Shown: piece by piece, positions 50,756-61,903 of the stretch
How positions within the stretch are numbered: the stretch's first letter is position 1
Layout of the letters: the number at the start of each line of letters is the position of its first letter
Assembly: GCA_973895155.1 (NCBI GenBank)
Contig: OZ316891.1
Span: 4,745,708-4,809,707 of the forward strand
Direction of reading: 5' to 3'
Source: Marsupella aquatica
Taxonomy: Eukaryota > Plantae > Marchantiophyta
DNA length: 64,000 nucleotides
The notes under the pieces: generated by a model
What the model saw: the letters and a program-made list of their open reading frames with translations, nothing else
The model's database searches: none
Told to the model about the DNA's origin: nothing
Made by a program: the position numbers and the translations under genes

Positions 50756-51636
50756 TAGCACACTTATAGGTGCTTGATGCTTGTCACTTGGCTTCCATCC
50801 AAGGGTCAAGGCATCGATCCATGCCCTCTTGGAAAACACAAAGGGGCACTATAAATAAAGTGAAGAGGAGCACACTCTCCTCATTCGCATTTGTTTGATC
50901 TATCGTGTCGGACTCGCAACACTGTAAGGAACTCTTCCCCTCTTGTGCACATGTCTTGTTTATTATTTACCTCCATGCTTGGGTACTAACTTGATTGTTA
51001 GCCTTAGAACTATTTTATGTTTTATGTTTACTAGTCTTGAGATCAATTTAGTGTGCTTGTAATGAATAATATGATAAATGGAGTACCTAGAGTTTATCCC
51101 CCACCTGCTGTGCCATTTGTCAATCCTTTCTTAATTAAAATTCATTGTCTTAGCAAGCATACCATGAGAATGCATCTTCTTTATCATTTTGGGTTTGAGT
51201 TAATGAAAACAGTTATGAATAGCGATGCACCATTTGTATACCCGATTGTTGTTTATGGAAATGAATGGAATGTAACTATTTTGATTTTATATTAGATGGA
51301 TTTTAATAGACAATCCGTAAATGTACCGGAGTTAGATTTGAATAGGCTTCCTAATAATGTATCTGATTTTCCTTCATCTATTGACATTAGAGTGATATGC
51401 CGTAAGAAGGTTGATTGTAGAGATGTTTTAGTTAGAAAGTATGGAGATGAAAGATATAATGTTATGCTTAGGATGCCAGAGCCTGTGATTATATCATCTA
51501 TGGTAAATCTTAAGATCATAGTCTTTGTTTTCTATAATTGACTTATCTAATTGTAGGATTCGTTGGAAATTGCAATCTATGACTTGACTTGGGAAGTAAG
51601 TTATGTGGAAAGAGGATAGGCCGATTCGAGGCTTAG

Positions 51637-52074
51637 TGTGAGGAAGCCGCTCATCGTAGAGTGGGACAAAGGCTGTGAGAGATATTTTAGAGGATAACGG
51701 TGAGAGAAATTGATCGACAAAGGGGATCGCAAGGGTAATGTGAGGTGAGAAAAGACGTATTTTGGAAAGATTTCTTCCAAGATAAGAAAAACAAGAGCTC
51801 GGTGCTTCCCAAGAACTAAAGATTCCCCCGACAACGGGAACACACAAGAGATTTACTGCACTCTAGGCCGACCGGTCATACCAAGCATCCACAGCACAAA
51901 CTCTCCCCATCTCTCAACTAGCTCCGTAACAATGAGCCTAAGTTCCACCAGGGACTGGCACCAGCCCTGGCTATATACACAATAGCACTACCGCTAACAT
52001 TAGCTAAGTCCTAACCCGAGTTAGCCTAATTGTGGTTAGCTCATGAGTCATAAGACTAAGAGTAATACCTAACA
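51637..52074 (-). mobile_element. LTR-like sequence related to the solo LTR at 47.1-47.8 kb
   Basis: Shares TTTACTGCACTCTAGGC, ATCTCTCAACT, GTAACAATGA.CCTAAGTTCC and the CCTAACA end with the other copy. TGTGAGG/CCTAACA termini. No TSD seen, so the left boundary is uncertain. Confidence 0.55.
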
Positions 52075-52689
52075 CTGTCGTGGGGGGCTGCCACACAATG
52101 TTAAAGATGAGTCTGCCAGAACATAACTTGGACTACCGGGAAACAATCCCCAGGCAGCCCATATTTGAGACCCCCTAACATAGTCCTGTAGGGTAGCTCC
52201 AAGTAGGAGGTCCCAAATACAGCCCACAGGAACTCTCCGAGTAGCCAGGTTTAGGTTTGGAGGGATGCATTGAGCTTAGTCCTTACACCTGTGTTGTGGA
52301 ATTTTACCGTTTCCCCATGGCCAGTTCTCCTCACTGCAGCCTGGCTCATACGGGACTGAAAAAAATGAAGTCATTGGAAAAGTCTATGCACCAGTTGAAC
52401 TTACCCACAGGCCACATCGCGGGCACTGGCCCCTTCCCACAGAAAAGAGAAACAGGTCTGTATTTGAGACCCCCTGCTGGATGACCGGCAATGGTACTCA
52501 TTAGGGTGTCTCAAACTTGAAGGCTGCCAAAGAATCCCCAGCAAGAAGTATGGGTTTTTTATGTCAGTAGTAGATGTAAACCACCTATCTATGAGTCTGT
52601 TACTATATTAGGTCCAGGAAAACCTGTGTGATGGTAACTACAGTAGAGCCAAATGTAAGAGATTTTAGATACCCTATTATTTATTTTTT

Positions 52690-53700
52690 ATCTTGAACGG
52701 AGTACTTTACTTAAAAGAGAAGTAAAACCCAATAAAGCGGGAGTAAAACAGGCCAGACCCAAGACAGGTCACAGACCAACAGCAACACCAAGATCGAACA
52801 CATTCAGTCAAGTGAGCAAGGGCCAAACAGGAAAAAAAGGTGAAAAGCCTTATGGTGAAAAGACCACTCAGTAATCCTGTATAATCCACCCTCTCTACCA
52901 AAGTCTCGAACCATTCTTCCTCTTAGTTCCTGATTCTCCGGCACAGGAAGATTACAGAGTAATAGACGCCTAGAACACTGAGTCCAAGCCACCCTCATAT
53001 TCAATCTGAGTTCTCTCCAGATTTTAATTTGGATATAGCATGCTCATCCTGGAACATGCTTTATTTTTTGTCTTGTAGTGATCTGAAAGTAAATAAAATA
53101 TGAGAACATAGAAGTGTTATTATATAAGTAAAGTGTATGCCAAGAAAAGCACAATGACCAAGAAAAGGTACAGTCAAACGATGCTACAATGTGTGCACTT
53201 AACTCAGGGTGCCTTATGAATGACACTCCTTTCAATAAAAACCATAAACTTAGGAAAGAAAAACATGAGGAGAACTTAAGAGTTTATGCATTCATGTTTT
53301 TCAACATCATTTCTCTCACTCGTGGTGGTGGAGCCTTTGGTTTCATCTCTAAGAAAACACATATTGTGAAAGGGGGCTGCCAAAATAAGTTCAAAACACT
53401 CTAAAATACCTGAAACTAAAGGGGTCTAAAAATTAATTAAAAGTGTATAGAATACAAAGACTGCCCCTTGTTAAGGCAGATTAAAATGAAAATACTTGAC
53501 ACAAAAATATCAATAAGACAAAATCTGAAATGTGCATTCACCATATAGCAGCTTCAAAAATTTTAATCTGGATGCCTACTTCTGTAATCCTAACCTTTTC
53601 CTTCTCGAGAGAGCAAGGAGCCTTCCATAGATGCCAATTAGTAATCCCCCTGATTATCTGCCACAGTTTAAGTGGATTTTTCGAAGTGGTTCTGTATAGC
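52690..53700 (-). mobile_element. Degenerate LINE (L1-like) ORF2 C-terminus and 3'UTR remnant
   Basis: LWQIIRGITNWHLWKAPC (resembles the LINE W.IWK.RN motif) and IQIKIWRELRLNMRVAW, followed by a T-rich 3'UTR and an A-rich end. Confidence 0.55.
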
Positions 53701-54044
53701 GGTGCCCCAATGATCACCTGAGCAGCAGTCACAGAGAAACCCGGTTGCCCATCGCCCTCTGTACCAGCTTCATCACCCAATTCCAGATCCTCTTAGATTC
53801 CTCGCAACTCCATTGACAGTGAAGGGAGTCTTCATGTAGATTTCTTTCACATCGACCACACCACCATTCTGCATCGTTTCGAGAAAAAGGAATAATCACT
53901 CCATGCTCTATTAGGGTGTTTCAAGTCACTCCTTTCTGCCTCTGGTCACGGTCAGCCACAAATTCAAAAAAAACAAAGTGGCGGACACGCATTTACGAAA
54001 ATGTGTGTCCGCACGCTCCTGATTCTTGACGGCTCCCATTCGGG

Positions 54045-54455
54045 TCTGAGCTTAGGACAAGACCCTTCCCAATTCCTTACACAGCTGGTTGACAGTACCT
54101 CCGTCTGGCCTCACGGATCTCATTCGGACTGAGCTTAGGACACGACCCTTCCCACTTCCCTTACACAGTAGGTTTACACTATCTTTGTCTGGTCTGACGG
54201 ACCCCCTTGGGCTCTGAGCTTGGGACACGACCCTTCCCAATTCCCTTACACAGTAGGTTTACAGTACCTATGTCTGGTCTGACGGATCCCATTGGGCTAT
54301 GGGCTTGGGACACGACCACCCTTCCCAATTCCCTTCCACAGCAGGTTTACAGTACCTATACGTCTGCTCTGACGGATCCCCATTTGGGTCTACGACGATC
54401 CCTTACACAGCAGGTTTACAGTACCTATGTCTGGTGTGACGGATCGCATTTCGGA
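54045..54455. repeat. Tandem repeat of about 75-85 bp, about 5 copies
   Basis: GGACACGACCCTTCCCAATTCCCTTACACAGTAGGTTTACAGTACCTATGTCTGGTCTGACGGATCCCATT units. Confidence 0.85.
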
Positions 54456-54494
54456 CCGCAGCCACCACTACTGACTGGCATGTGTAAGGATCAC

Positions 54495-54925
54495 ACGGGG
54501 CCCCACAACTGAACTCGAATGTGCTTCCGACTTACGTCTTTCTATCGGAAAGACTTCTTCCCTTTCAATCCCGAAAGACAGCTTCTCTCCTCCAAGGCGA
54601 ACGATTGGTTCGTGGAGCAGACCCAGAACTGAACTGGAATGTGTGCTTCTGATTTTAGTTCTTTCTGTGCGGAAAGAGTGTGTCCAAAGCGGAAGATTGG
54701 GTCGTGGAGCGGGCCCCAAAACTGAACTGGAACGTGCTTCCGACTTGAGCTCTTTCTGTGCAGAAACACCGCTTCTCTAAGGCGGAAGATTGTGAGCCGG
54801 CCCCAAATCTGAACTGAAATGTGCTTGAGTTGAGCTTTTTCGGTGCGGAAAGACGGGGTCTCCAAGGCCTAAGATTGGTTAGTGGAGCGGGCCCCAAAAT
54901 TGAATGGAATGTGCTTCTGACGAGT
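54495..54925. repeat. Tandem repeat of about 95-115 bp, 4-5 copies
   Basis: Recurrent GGGCCCCAAAACTGAACTGGAATGTGCTTC...GCGGAAGATTGG..GTGGAGC units. Confidence 0.8.
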
Positions 54926-56272
54926 GACTTGCTCGCCGAGTGTGGCAAGCACCAAAATTGGACAATGTATTTGAAGTCTGTAGATCAAACCAAGTGCTCG
55001 ATTACAGGACGTTGGGATCAAGTCTCGATCGTTCAAGAGTCAGACGTGTGTAACCGGGTTGCACAGTTCAAGTTCTTAAATGTTACTAGGAATGAAGAGT
55101 GGGAAATGTTTCACTGGTGGGGGAAAGAATTTTTGTTCTTACACTTGCCCTGGTAAAGCTCGATGAGCATCCTTGGGAAATTCTTGGGAAAATGCCTTAA
55201 TAATTCAGTCGGGAAAGGAACAATGTAGTCGTGGAAACACTTCACTTGTGTCTCGGACATACACGGGAGGAGAAGAAATACCTAGTACACCGACCCTCCA
55301 TAACACTAGTACCTAGTAAGCAGCAGAGTACTTGGTTGGCCTGAAATCTGTGCTTAAATCGTTTACTACATTTCGAGACGGAAGTCTGGACCAGTGAGGA
55401 AGTAGAGAATAATTATGGTAAAACGAACGAACACCTTTAGGAAATGGGGGCCTGGCCAGTTTAAATGTGTTGCACTCGATCCCAGAGAGCCCTGAACCTC
55501 GGGGATATAGCTATTCTCTTAACTGAGAGAACGAACTTTACGATGGTTTTAGGCTCGTAAGCTCCATGAGCTTCTCCGCATGGCGAACAGGAACAGACCA
55601 ATAAATTTTATGTAAAGATCACGCTCCTGACGAAAATGGACAGCGATAAAAATGGACATTACAGTACATGAGGAGATTTAGTTTCAAAAACTCCTTACTA
55701 GCATTCGATCAAGAAAGGTTGCTCGACACTAGTTCCGTCGGGAAAGGAATGACGTCAAACTGGAACCGTTTAGCTGGGAAAAACATCATATCGTAATGGG
55801 AAGAAATTCATGAAATACAGGAAAACTTGCTATCACGTCATCCGATTCAGGTTCAACCATGTTCCATTTATCCAGAAGTGGACCCTTCTAACTCGCAGAA
55901 ATGTTCGCTACTACATTAAAAATTAGTCAAACGCTTGAAGATGTTCAGCGCGACAGATAGTTAAGTTCACATAGCTCGAAACAGAGAGCTTCCGGTCATA
56001 AAAGCATGACACGGTCCATGGACGCTGCTGCACCAAGGTCCATGGAGACATCTATCAAAATGAATTACTGCACCAAGATCCATGGAGACATTTATCAAAA
56101 TGAATGGAGACACAACTTACCTAAAGATCTATTACCCTATTCTATCTCATCATCGATGGAATGATCAAAATTGAAGCGTCTCTAGCCCGGTCACTATGTG
56201 ATGTAGGAGTCTCGCCAAAAGCACGAAATGTAATCAGGCCGTATAGGTCGATAGTGATCTATACCGTCCCAA

Positions 56273-57588
56273 TCACCACTTTGGACTTGCCATCATCTTG
56301 TCGGACCCTTTCTGCAGCAGCACGGACTTCTTGTGAAGCTTTCGGCAAATTCGCAGGATGTCAACGGGTGCAACATTTCCCTTCACAGACACTCTCTGCG
56401 TGTAGGTGTCAGTTTTGACAGACTCCACACCTGCACCAAACAACACAACATCGTTTACGGCGGAACTGCAAAAACCCACATTCGTCGAGCACATGCTACC
56501 TGCTCCAGAAATTGACCAATCAAATCATACAAATAGGCTCAATTACCACATAGCATCCATCGCAAGGTTCAACTTCACATAGAAAGCCGAAGAGTGAGGT
56601 TTCACAGAAAGGCATTAATTGTCTAGCTTCAGCTTCTAATTGTACTACAGTCATGGTAACAATCCTGTGAGATGGCATACCGTTGAAATTCAGTAATGCG
56701 TGTTTGACCCTTTCTTCACAGGCCTCGCAGCAGACAGGCACTTTCAGTTCCACAACCTGAACAATGCAGCAGAGAGCGTGAGAACAAAAGGATGATGAAG
56801 TACTCTATCGACGGTTGTTTACTGGAATGAAGGAAGATTCTGCCCCCCAACAGCGGTGTACGATTCGCTTTCGACATACTGAATCTGAAATAGACCCAAG
56901 ACAGTTGACAAACGGTAACAAGAACGCGTAGAAGGTTCACTTACCGAATTGAAGTGCGGGCTGTCGGCGTTCACATCACGGTTGTGCGATTGTGCGGTGT
57001 GGACATTGTATGGAACAGCCTGAAGTGTGCTATATTGTACACCCTGATCATTATACTGCGGACTCTGATTGTACTGTAGATTCTGCCTATACTGTGGCGT
57101 CTGATTGTGCTGCGGGGTCCGAGGATTGTTGGAGCCAGACTTCTGTGCTGAGTTTGGTGTGCGGACAATCCATAAAGGCTCCCGAATGGAATAGAAGAAC
57201 TGAAAAAGAGCCAGGGCAGTCAGAACGTACATTGTGAGCAAAATGCACCACCACATATCCGGCATGAAGCGCTGACAGGAATCCGAATGAATTACTGTAA
57301 AGACAAGCCTAAGCTGAGAAGTCGACGACACCGATCAAAACACATGTTACATGCAAAGAGCTAGTCGTCAGTCACTAGAACTTCTGCTAGCTTCCGCTAC
57401 GTGATGGGGAATTGAGGAATCATGAATCAACGTGGACCCACTCCCACACCAACGCTGCAGGAAGTGTTGCATGCATTGGATCGAGGGAGTAGTGTGCACA
57501 CCGCATCATGGAACACCAACACCAATAGTGAGGCGAGAGGGAGGAACACGTAGAATGTGTAGTAACTCACGTCGCTGACGCTCATCAT
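56273..57588 (-). CDS. Heavy-metal-associated (HMA) domain protein, HPP/NaKR-like (no CaaX)
   Basis: Exons 57588-57571 (MMSVSD, donor GTGAGT), 57199-56945, 56756-56681 (VVELKVPVCCEACEERVK) and 56430-56273 (GVESVKTD..QRVSVKG) are in phase and give about 168 aa. Confidence 0.88.
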
Positions 57589-57647
57589 CTTCCCACACAG
57601 ATGAATCTCTCTTCCACCTCTCCTCACTTTCTGCAACTACCAACTGT

Positions 57648-57808
57648 GAGAATCTAGACGTCTGAAGTCTCAGGAATGCACTTCGAATCGGAAAGGTAGG
57701 AAAGCAAAGCAAGAGTAGAGAAACAGAGAATCTAGAACTCTGAAGTCTCAGGAATGCACTTCGAATCGGAAAGGTAGAAAAGCAAAGCAAGAGAGTAGAG
57801 AAACAGAG
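57648..57808. repeat. Tandem duplication of about 79 bp in the 5'UTR/promoter of the HMA gene
   Basis: GAGAATCTAGA..CTGAAGTCTCAGGAATGCACTTCGAATCGGAAAGGTAG..AGCAAAGCAAGAG occurs twice. Confidence 0.9.
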
Positions 57809-58870
57809 CAGCTCGAATGCACCTAGGAGCAATCTCGATACATAGCAGTTAGATCACAGCACAGTGAGAGTACCTACGAGGGATTGTGGGCGAGCTGTTG
57901 GGGATTCAATTGGAATTATAGCAATGCGGGGGGGGTGGGGAGATACGGAGGCAGCTGAGCGGAATTCTTGGGAGAAGACTGATGAAGGTGTCATTTATGG
58001 TCACGGCGCTTCTAATTAAACGCATCTCATTCAGTAAGTGAAAAAGTATTTAATGACTCACTGGTCGTCGCTCCAGACCTCCAGTGGAGGACTGACGCGA
58101 GAGCGTCAGCCGCCGCGCTTGCCGTACACAAATCCTGGTCCGAAGTTAGGACCGTCCCCACTGCAGGGACTGTCCCGTACTCCCGTTCTGACTCTTCAAG
58201 TCCCCCGCCCGCCGTCCCGTCCAGTTCCGTCCCACGGGCAAAATGAAAACGTTTCGACGACGGGCATTCTGTGCGTGCGAGCCTTAATGGCCTTATGGAG
58301 CTGCTTATTATTGTTGCGATTATTTTACCGTTGACGGGACACATATGATCGTTCGGGCGTGAAGGACTGTACCTGTCGTTTAGCGGATACGAGTCCGTTT
58401 TAAATACATGATTTCGTGCTGTGCAATCCAAAATGACTCGATGGTGGAAGAAACCCCCTTGTGGAAATACAGACTGACGACTCCCATTGTGAATTTCAAG
58501 ATCTTTGCTGTTAATTGGGTAATAAGGTAGGTGTGATCGGGGGTGTGGCTTGGAATTCTGAGCCACTAGTGCAATCCTCATGCCTTGCACAAATGGATGC
58601 CGTGCACAAAAGATGTCTTGTCGGTCAAGATGTCCTTGAAAAACAAATGTCATGTCCACCAGAAAAATGAAATCGTTTTGCCTAAGATGTTGTTATGTGA
58701 AAGTTATTAAGAAAAAAGATATTGTGTCACCAAAGACGTCGTTATATGAAAGATGTCATCAAGGAAAAGATGCCACTATGTCAAAGATGTCATGGTGCTA
58801 AAGATGTCGCGAAGTAAAAAGATGAAGGAAAAACATGTTGTGAACTAAAAAGATATCGTGGCTCCAAAGA

Positions 58871-59292
58871 TGTTGGAGGTTTGGAGGTTTTGTTATCTTT
58901 ATCTCCTTAGAGTTGGGTTGGGAGGGAGAGAGGAGCATATGGAAGAGGGTAGCACGTGGGGGGAGCAACAGGTGGTTTCGCCACGGTGCATTGTAGCAAG
59001 GTGATAAAGAGATAAATGACTATTTACTCCTTAACAACTCAATTTCGTTCCCGTTAGGAGTGGATAAGATCGAAAAGACTGAATTAACACAATTTGAGAA
59101 GTTTACACCAACATTCTTAGGTTGGAGAGATTTCTAATGATCTCCTTAACATAAGTGTTTAACCACAACTCAAGTGGGTAATCCTTAGGATTCATAGTGC
59201 AATAATAAAGACTAGAATTAATAAAGATTGAAACTAGAGAGAGAGTAGATAGGAGTTTTCAAAGTGCAAGGGAATTGAATTTCTGACCATCA
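58871..59292 (-). mobile_element. Putative 3' LTR of a minus-strand LTR retrotransposon
   Basis: On the minus strand, purine-rich GAAGGAGTGG (PPT-like, 59293-59302) precedes TGATGG...CCAACA termini, downstream of the retro-associated ORFs. Confidence 0.5.
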
Positions 59293-59977
59293 CCACTCCT
59301 TCAATAAGGATTATGGCCTAATTTAAGATTCAAAAATCAACATTTTCTATGTTTTTTGATTTCTCGTAGCAACTCTTCTCCATCTCTTGAATTTAGAAGA
59401 TAACAATGTAAATCAACCCGGGACACTTTTCTGGTCTTGCTTAAGACGGTACTAGGATACTCGAATTGGTTTACTTCTCCTACAATCCTTAAGATTGCTT
59501 GTTTGAGTTTTGTGCAAATGTCAATTTCCTCTTTGGTGAATCTTCCAAATGTATTGATCACAAGTCTCATTGATCTTTCAATATCATCAAGGCACACTCT
59601 AGCATTCATTGAACACTTCACAACAACTCAAGGGTTGCTAAAACTTCTTCCTTTTACTCAACCATGGTAAAAAGAAGGGAAGAAAAGACATAGATTCCTT
59701 CAGAGGCAATGAGGAAATAAAAATGTATGTTTTCTCTCTCGGTTGACTTTGGGTTCTCCTCCTTTTGTACTAAAACTGGAGATTATGAAAAGACATGCCT
59801 CTTCAAAACCCAAGTCTAAAGAAATATGTAAATAAAAGTGAACTATCCTAGTAAAAAATGGAGTAGAGTCTCCAATGGATACATCAACAAAATACTGGAG
59901 TCTACTTACTCATATACTAATCTATATAGCTATTTCTAAGTCTAAACTAATGTGGCTCTAACTCTCTAAATATAACT

Positions 59978-61903
59978 CTATTCTGGTCCTAGCTTTTGGG
60001 AAGGAACCTCCTCAGGGTTAGCCATGGCAAGGGGTTCTGGTCGAAGGAAAACTCCCTGCTGGCCAGTGGTAAAAGGGATGGACGGGTCAATATCCATGTT
60101 CTCCTGATGGGCACTTGGGTCATGAGAATAAGTGTAAGAATGGGAGTGGAAATGTGTACTGGGAGTGAGGAAACCAGGAGGGTTGAGGGGTGACGAGGGG
60201 CCAGTGGAATCGACTCCTTCATGAGGACTAGGAGAGAAAGATCTGGTAGTAAAGGGAGGTATCTCAATATCAGCTAATAGCTCCTCTGTAGTCAAGTCAC
60301 TCATCTCCCTTAAGGCTTCACAGGTCTTTGAGAGGCCTGTAAGTACATCATCCACCTTGGTACTCACATCTACCACTAAATGGTTAATCTTGGAGAAAAG
60401 GATGGGTGTGGTGTTCTTGGCCAAATACTCATCATAAATTTGGGCCTTAAGAAGATCCAGAGAAGCTATCTTAGTCAAAGGCTCACTCAGATCCAAAGAT
60501 TGAGTGATACTGGGTTGGAGAGTATGCTCAAACTCATTCTTCTTCTTACTCCTTTCCAACTGCTATTTGAGTTCAGATACCTTCTTCTTGAGGAACTCAT
60601 TCTCCTTCTCTAACTTCCTCTTATCTGTGGCATCATTCATGGTGGAGATCTTTTCAAGAATCTACCCTGGTTTCACTCCTAACTTCTGAGAAATGTTAGT
60701 GATGGCCTTCTCCATCACAGTGGTCTTCCTCTTCACCTTCTGGAATGTGTCTGAGATGATCTGGAAATCAGCTAGGGTGTCTAGGGAGGCATGGTCGGGT
60801 GCATCCGGAAATTTAGCCGGGTCGACGAAGGCCGGGTCGGCAAAGTCCGGGTCGAGGTTTCGGGCAGCAGACCGGGTCTTTCAAGGATTTGTCTCTGTTG
60901 GTTCCTCATCCTCACTGTCATTAGAGGTGGCCTGGGTGATATCTAGATATGTCTCTCAATACTTTATGAAGTTGAACTTGGCCAATAGTAATTTCTTCTC
61001 CTCTCTGAACAAAACTCCTTCAAAGCTATATAGATGTACCAGGTAGCAGGAGAGGGGAGTAGGACTCTTGTTGGATAGGTTATGTACCAACTTCCTTATC
61101 AAATCAAAGATAAGCTTAGCCCAGTTGACTTTTCTTTCTCCCTTGTAAGCAGCAACAATGGTAGAGCCAACTCCAACAGTAACTCTTCTTGGCTTCTCAG
61201 GGTACAGCAGGGGTAGCAGAAAGCTGAAGACTCGTCTCAGATCAGGATCCAAACACTTAGAAACATTGAACCGATCCTTACTGTTGATGGCTCCTCTAAA
61301 GTAAGGGAGGATTAGATTGACAGCTCTCCCCACTGGACCTTCTCCTTCATCTTCCAATACAAAAGCTCCTGCAATCATCATCTGCGTCCATCGCTCAGGT
61401 CGGCCTCTAGAGGTATCCTTAAACTCAGCTGAACACTCCTTGGATCGGATCTCTCTAATCATATCTTCGCTCTGATAACTCCAGGGTAGCTCCATCAGAG
61501 ACTCACAGCCCATCCTGAGCAAAGACTCCCTCAGTTTGACCTTCTCAACTTCACTGTCCGGAATAGCTGGCCTCAAAATTTTCATGGCAATGGGGACCTC
61601 CTTTCTCTTCGATCGTCTCACAGGGGCTTTAACCGGAGTAGGTGCAGGTGATGTTGAGGTTGAATGCCCCTTAGAGACACGAGAAGTGGACATTCCGGCT
61701 GGATCCGCCCCTTGTTCCATAGGATTTCTGGAAGCAGAAAATTGATTTCTGGTAAATGTTCTGCCTCCTCTACGGCAAGCTCTACAATGATGCGACTTTA
61801 GAATGTTCAATCTCTTCGGTGTCGACCACTGGTAGAATGTCCGGGTCGACCTGGCCGCAGCGTTTCTGATCAACTGAAAATCATTTTGGAAGAATTGCAT
61901 CAC
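59978..61903 (-). pseudogene. Retrotransposon-associated extra ORF (plant-transposon-protein/env-like with coiled coil); one frame of about 640 codons broken by premature stops
   Basis: ORFs 60956-61903 and 59978-60559 are in the same frame. Motifs LPLLYPEKPRRVT, KVNWAKLIF and PLSCYLVHLY, then the coiled coil KLEKENEFLKKKVSELK. At least four in-frame stops. Confidence 0.6.

Noticed and set aside
58027-58659. 210-aa minus-strand ORF
   Set aside because: Spans a repeat junction and the HMA promoter, with no recognisable protein features.
58871-59113. Shorter 243-bp LTR with perfect TGTTGG/CCAACA ends
   Set aside because: No PBS, PPT or TSD adjacent to 59113; the 59292 boundary has a PPT-like tract and was preferred.
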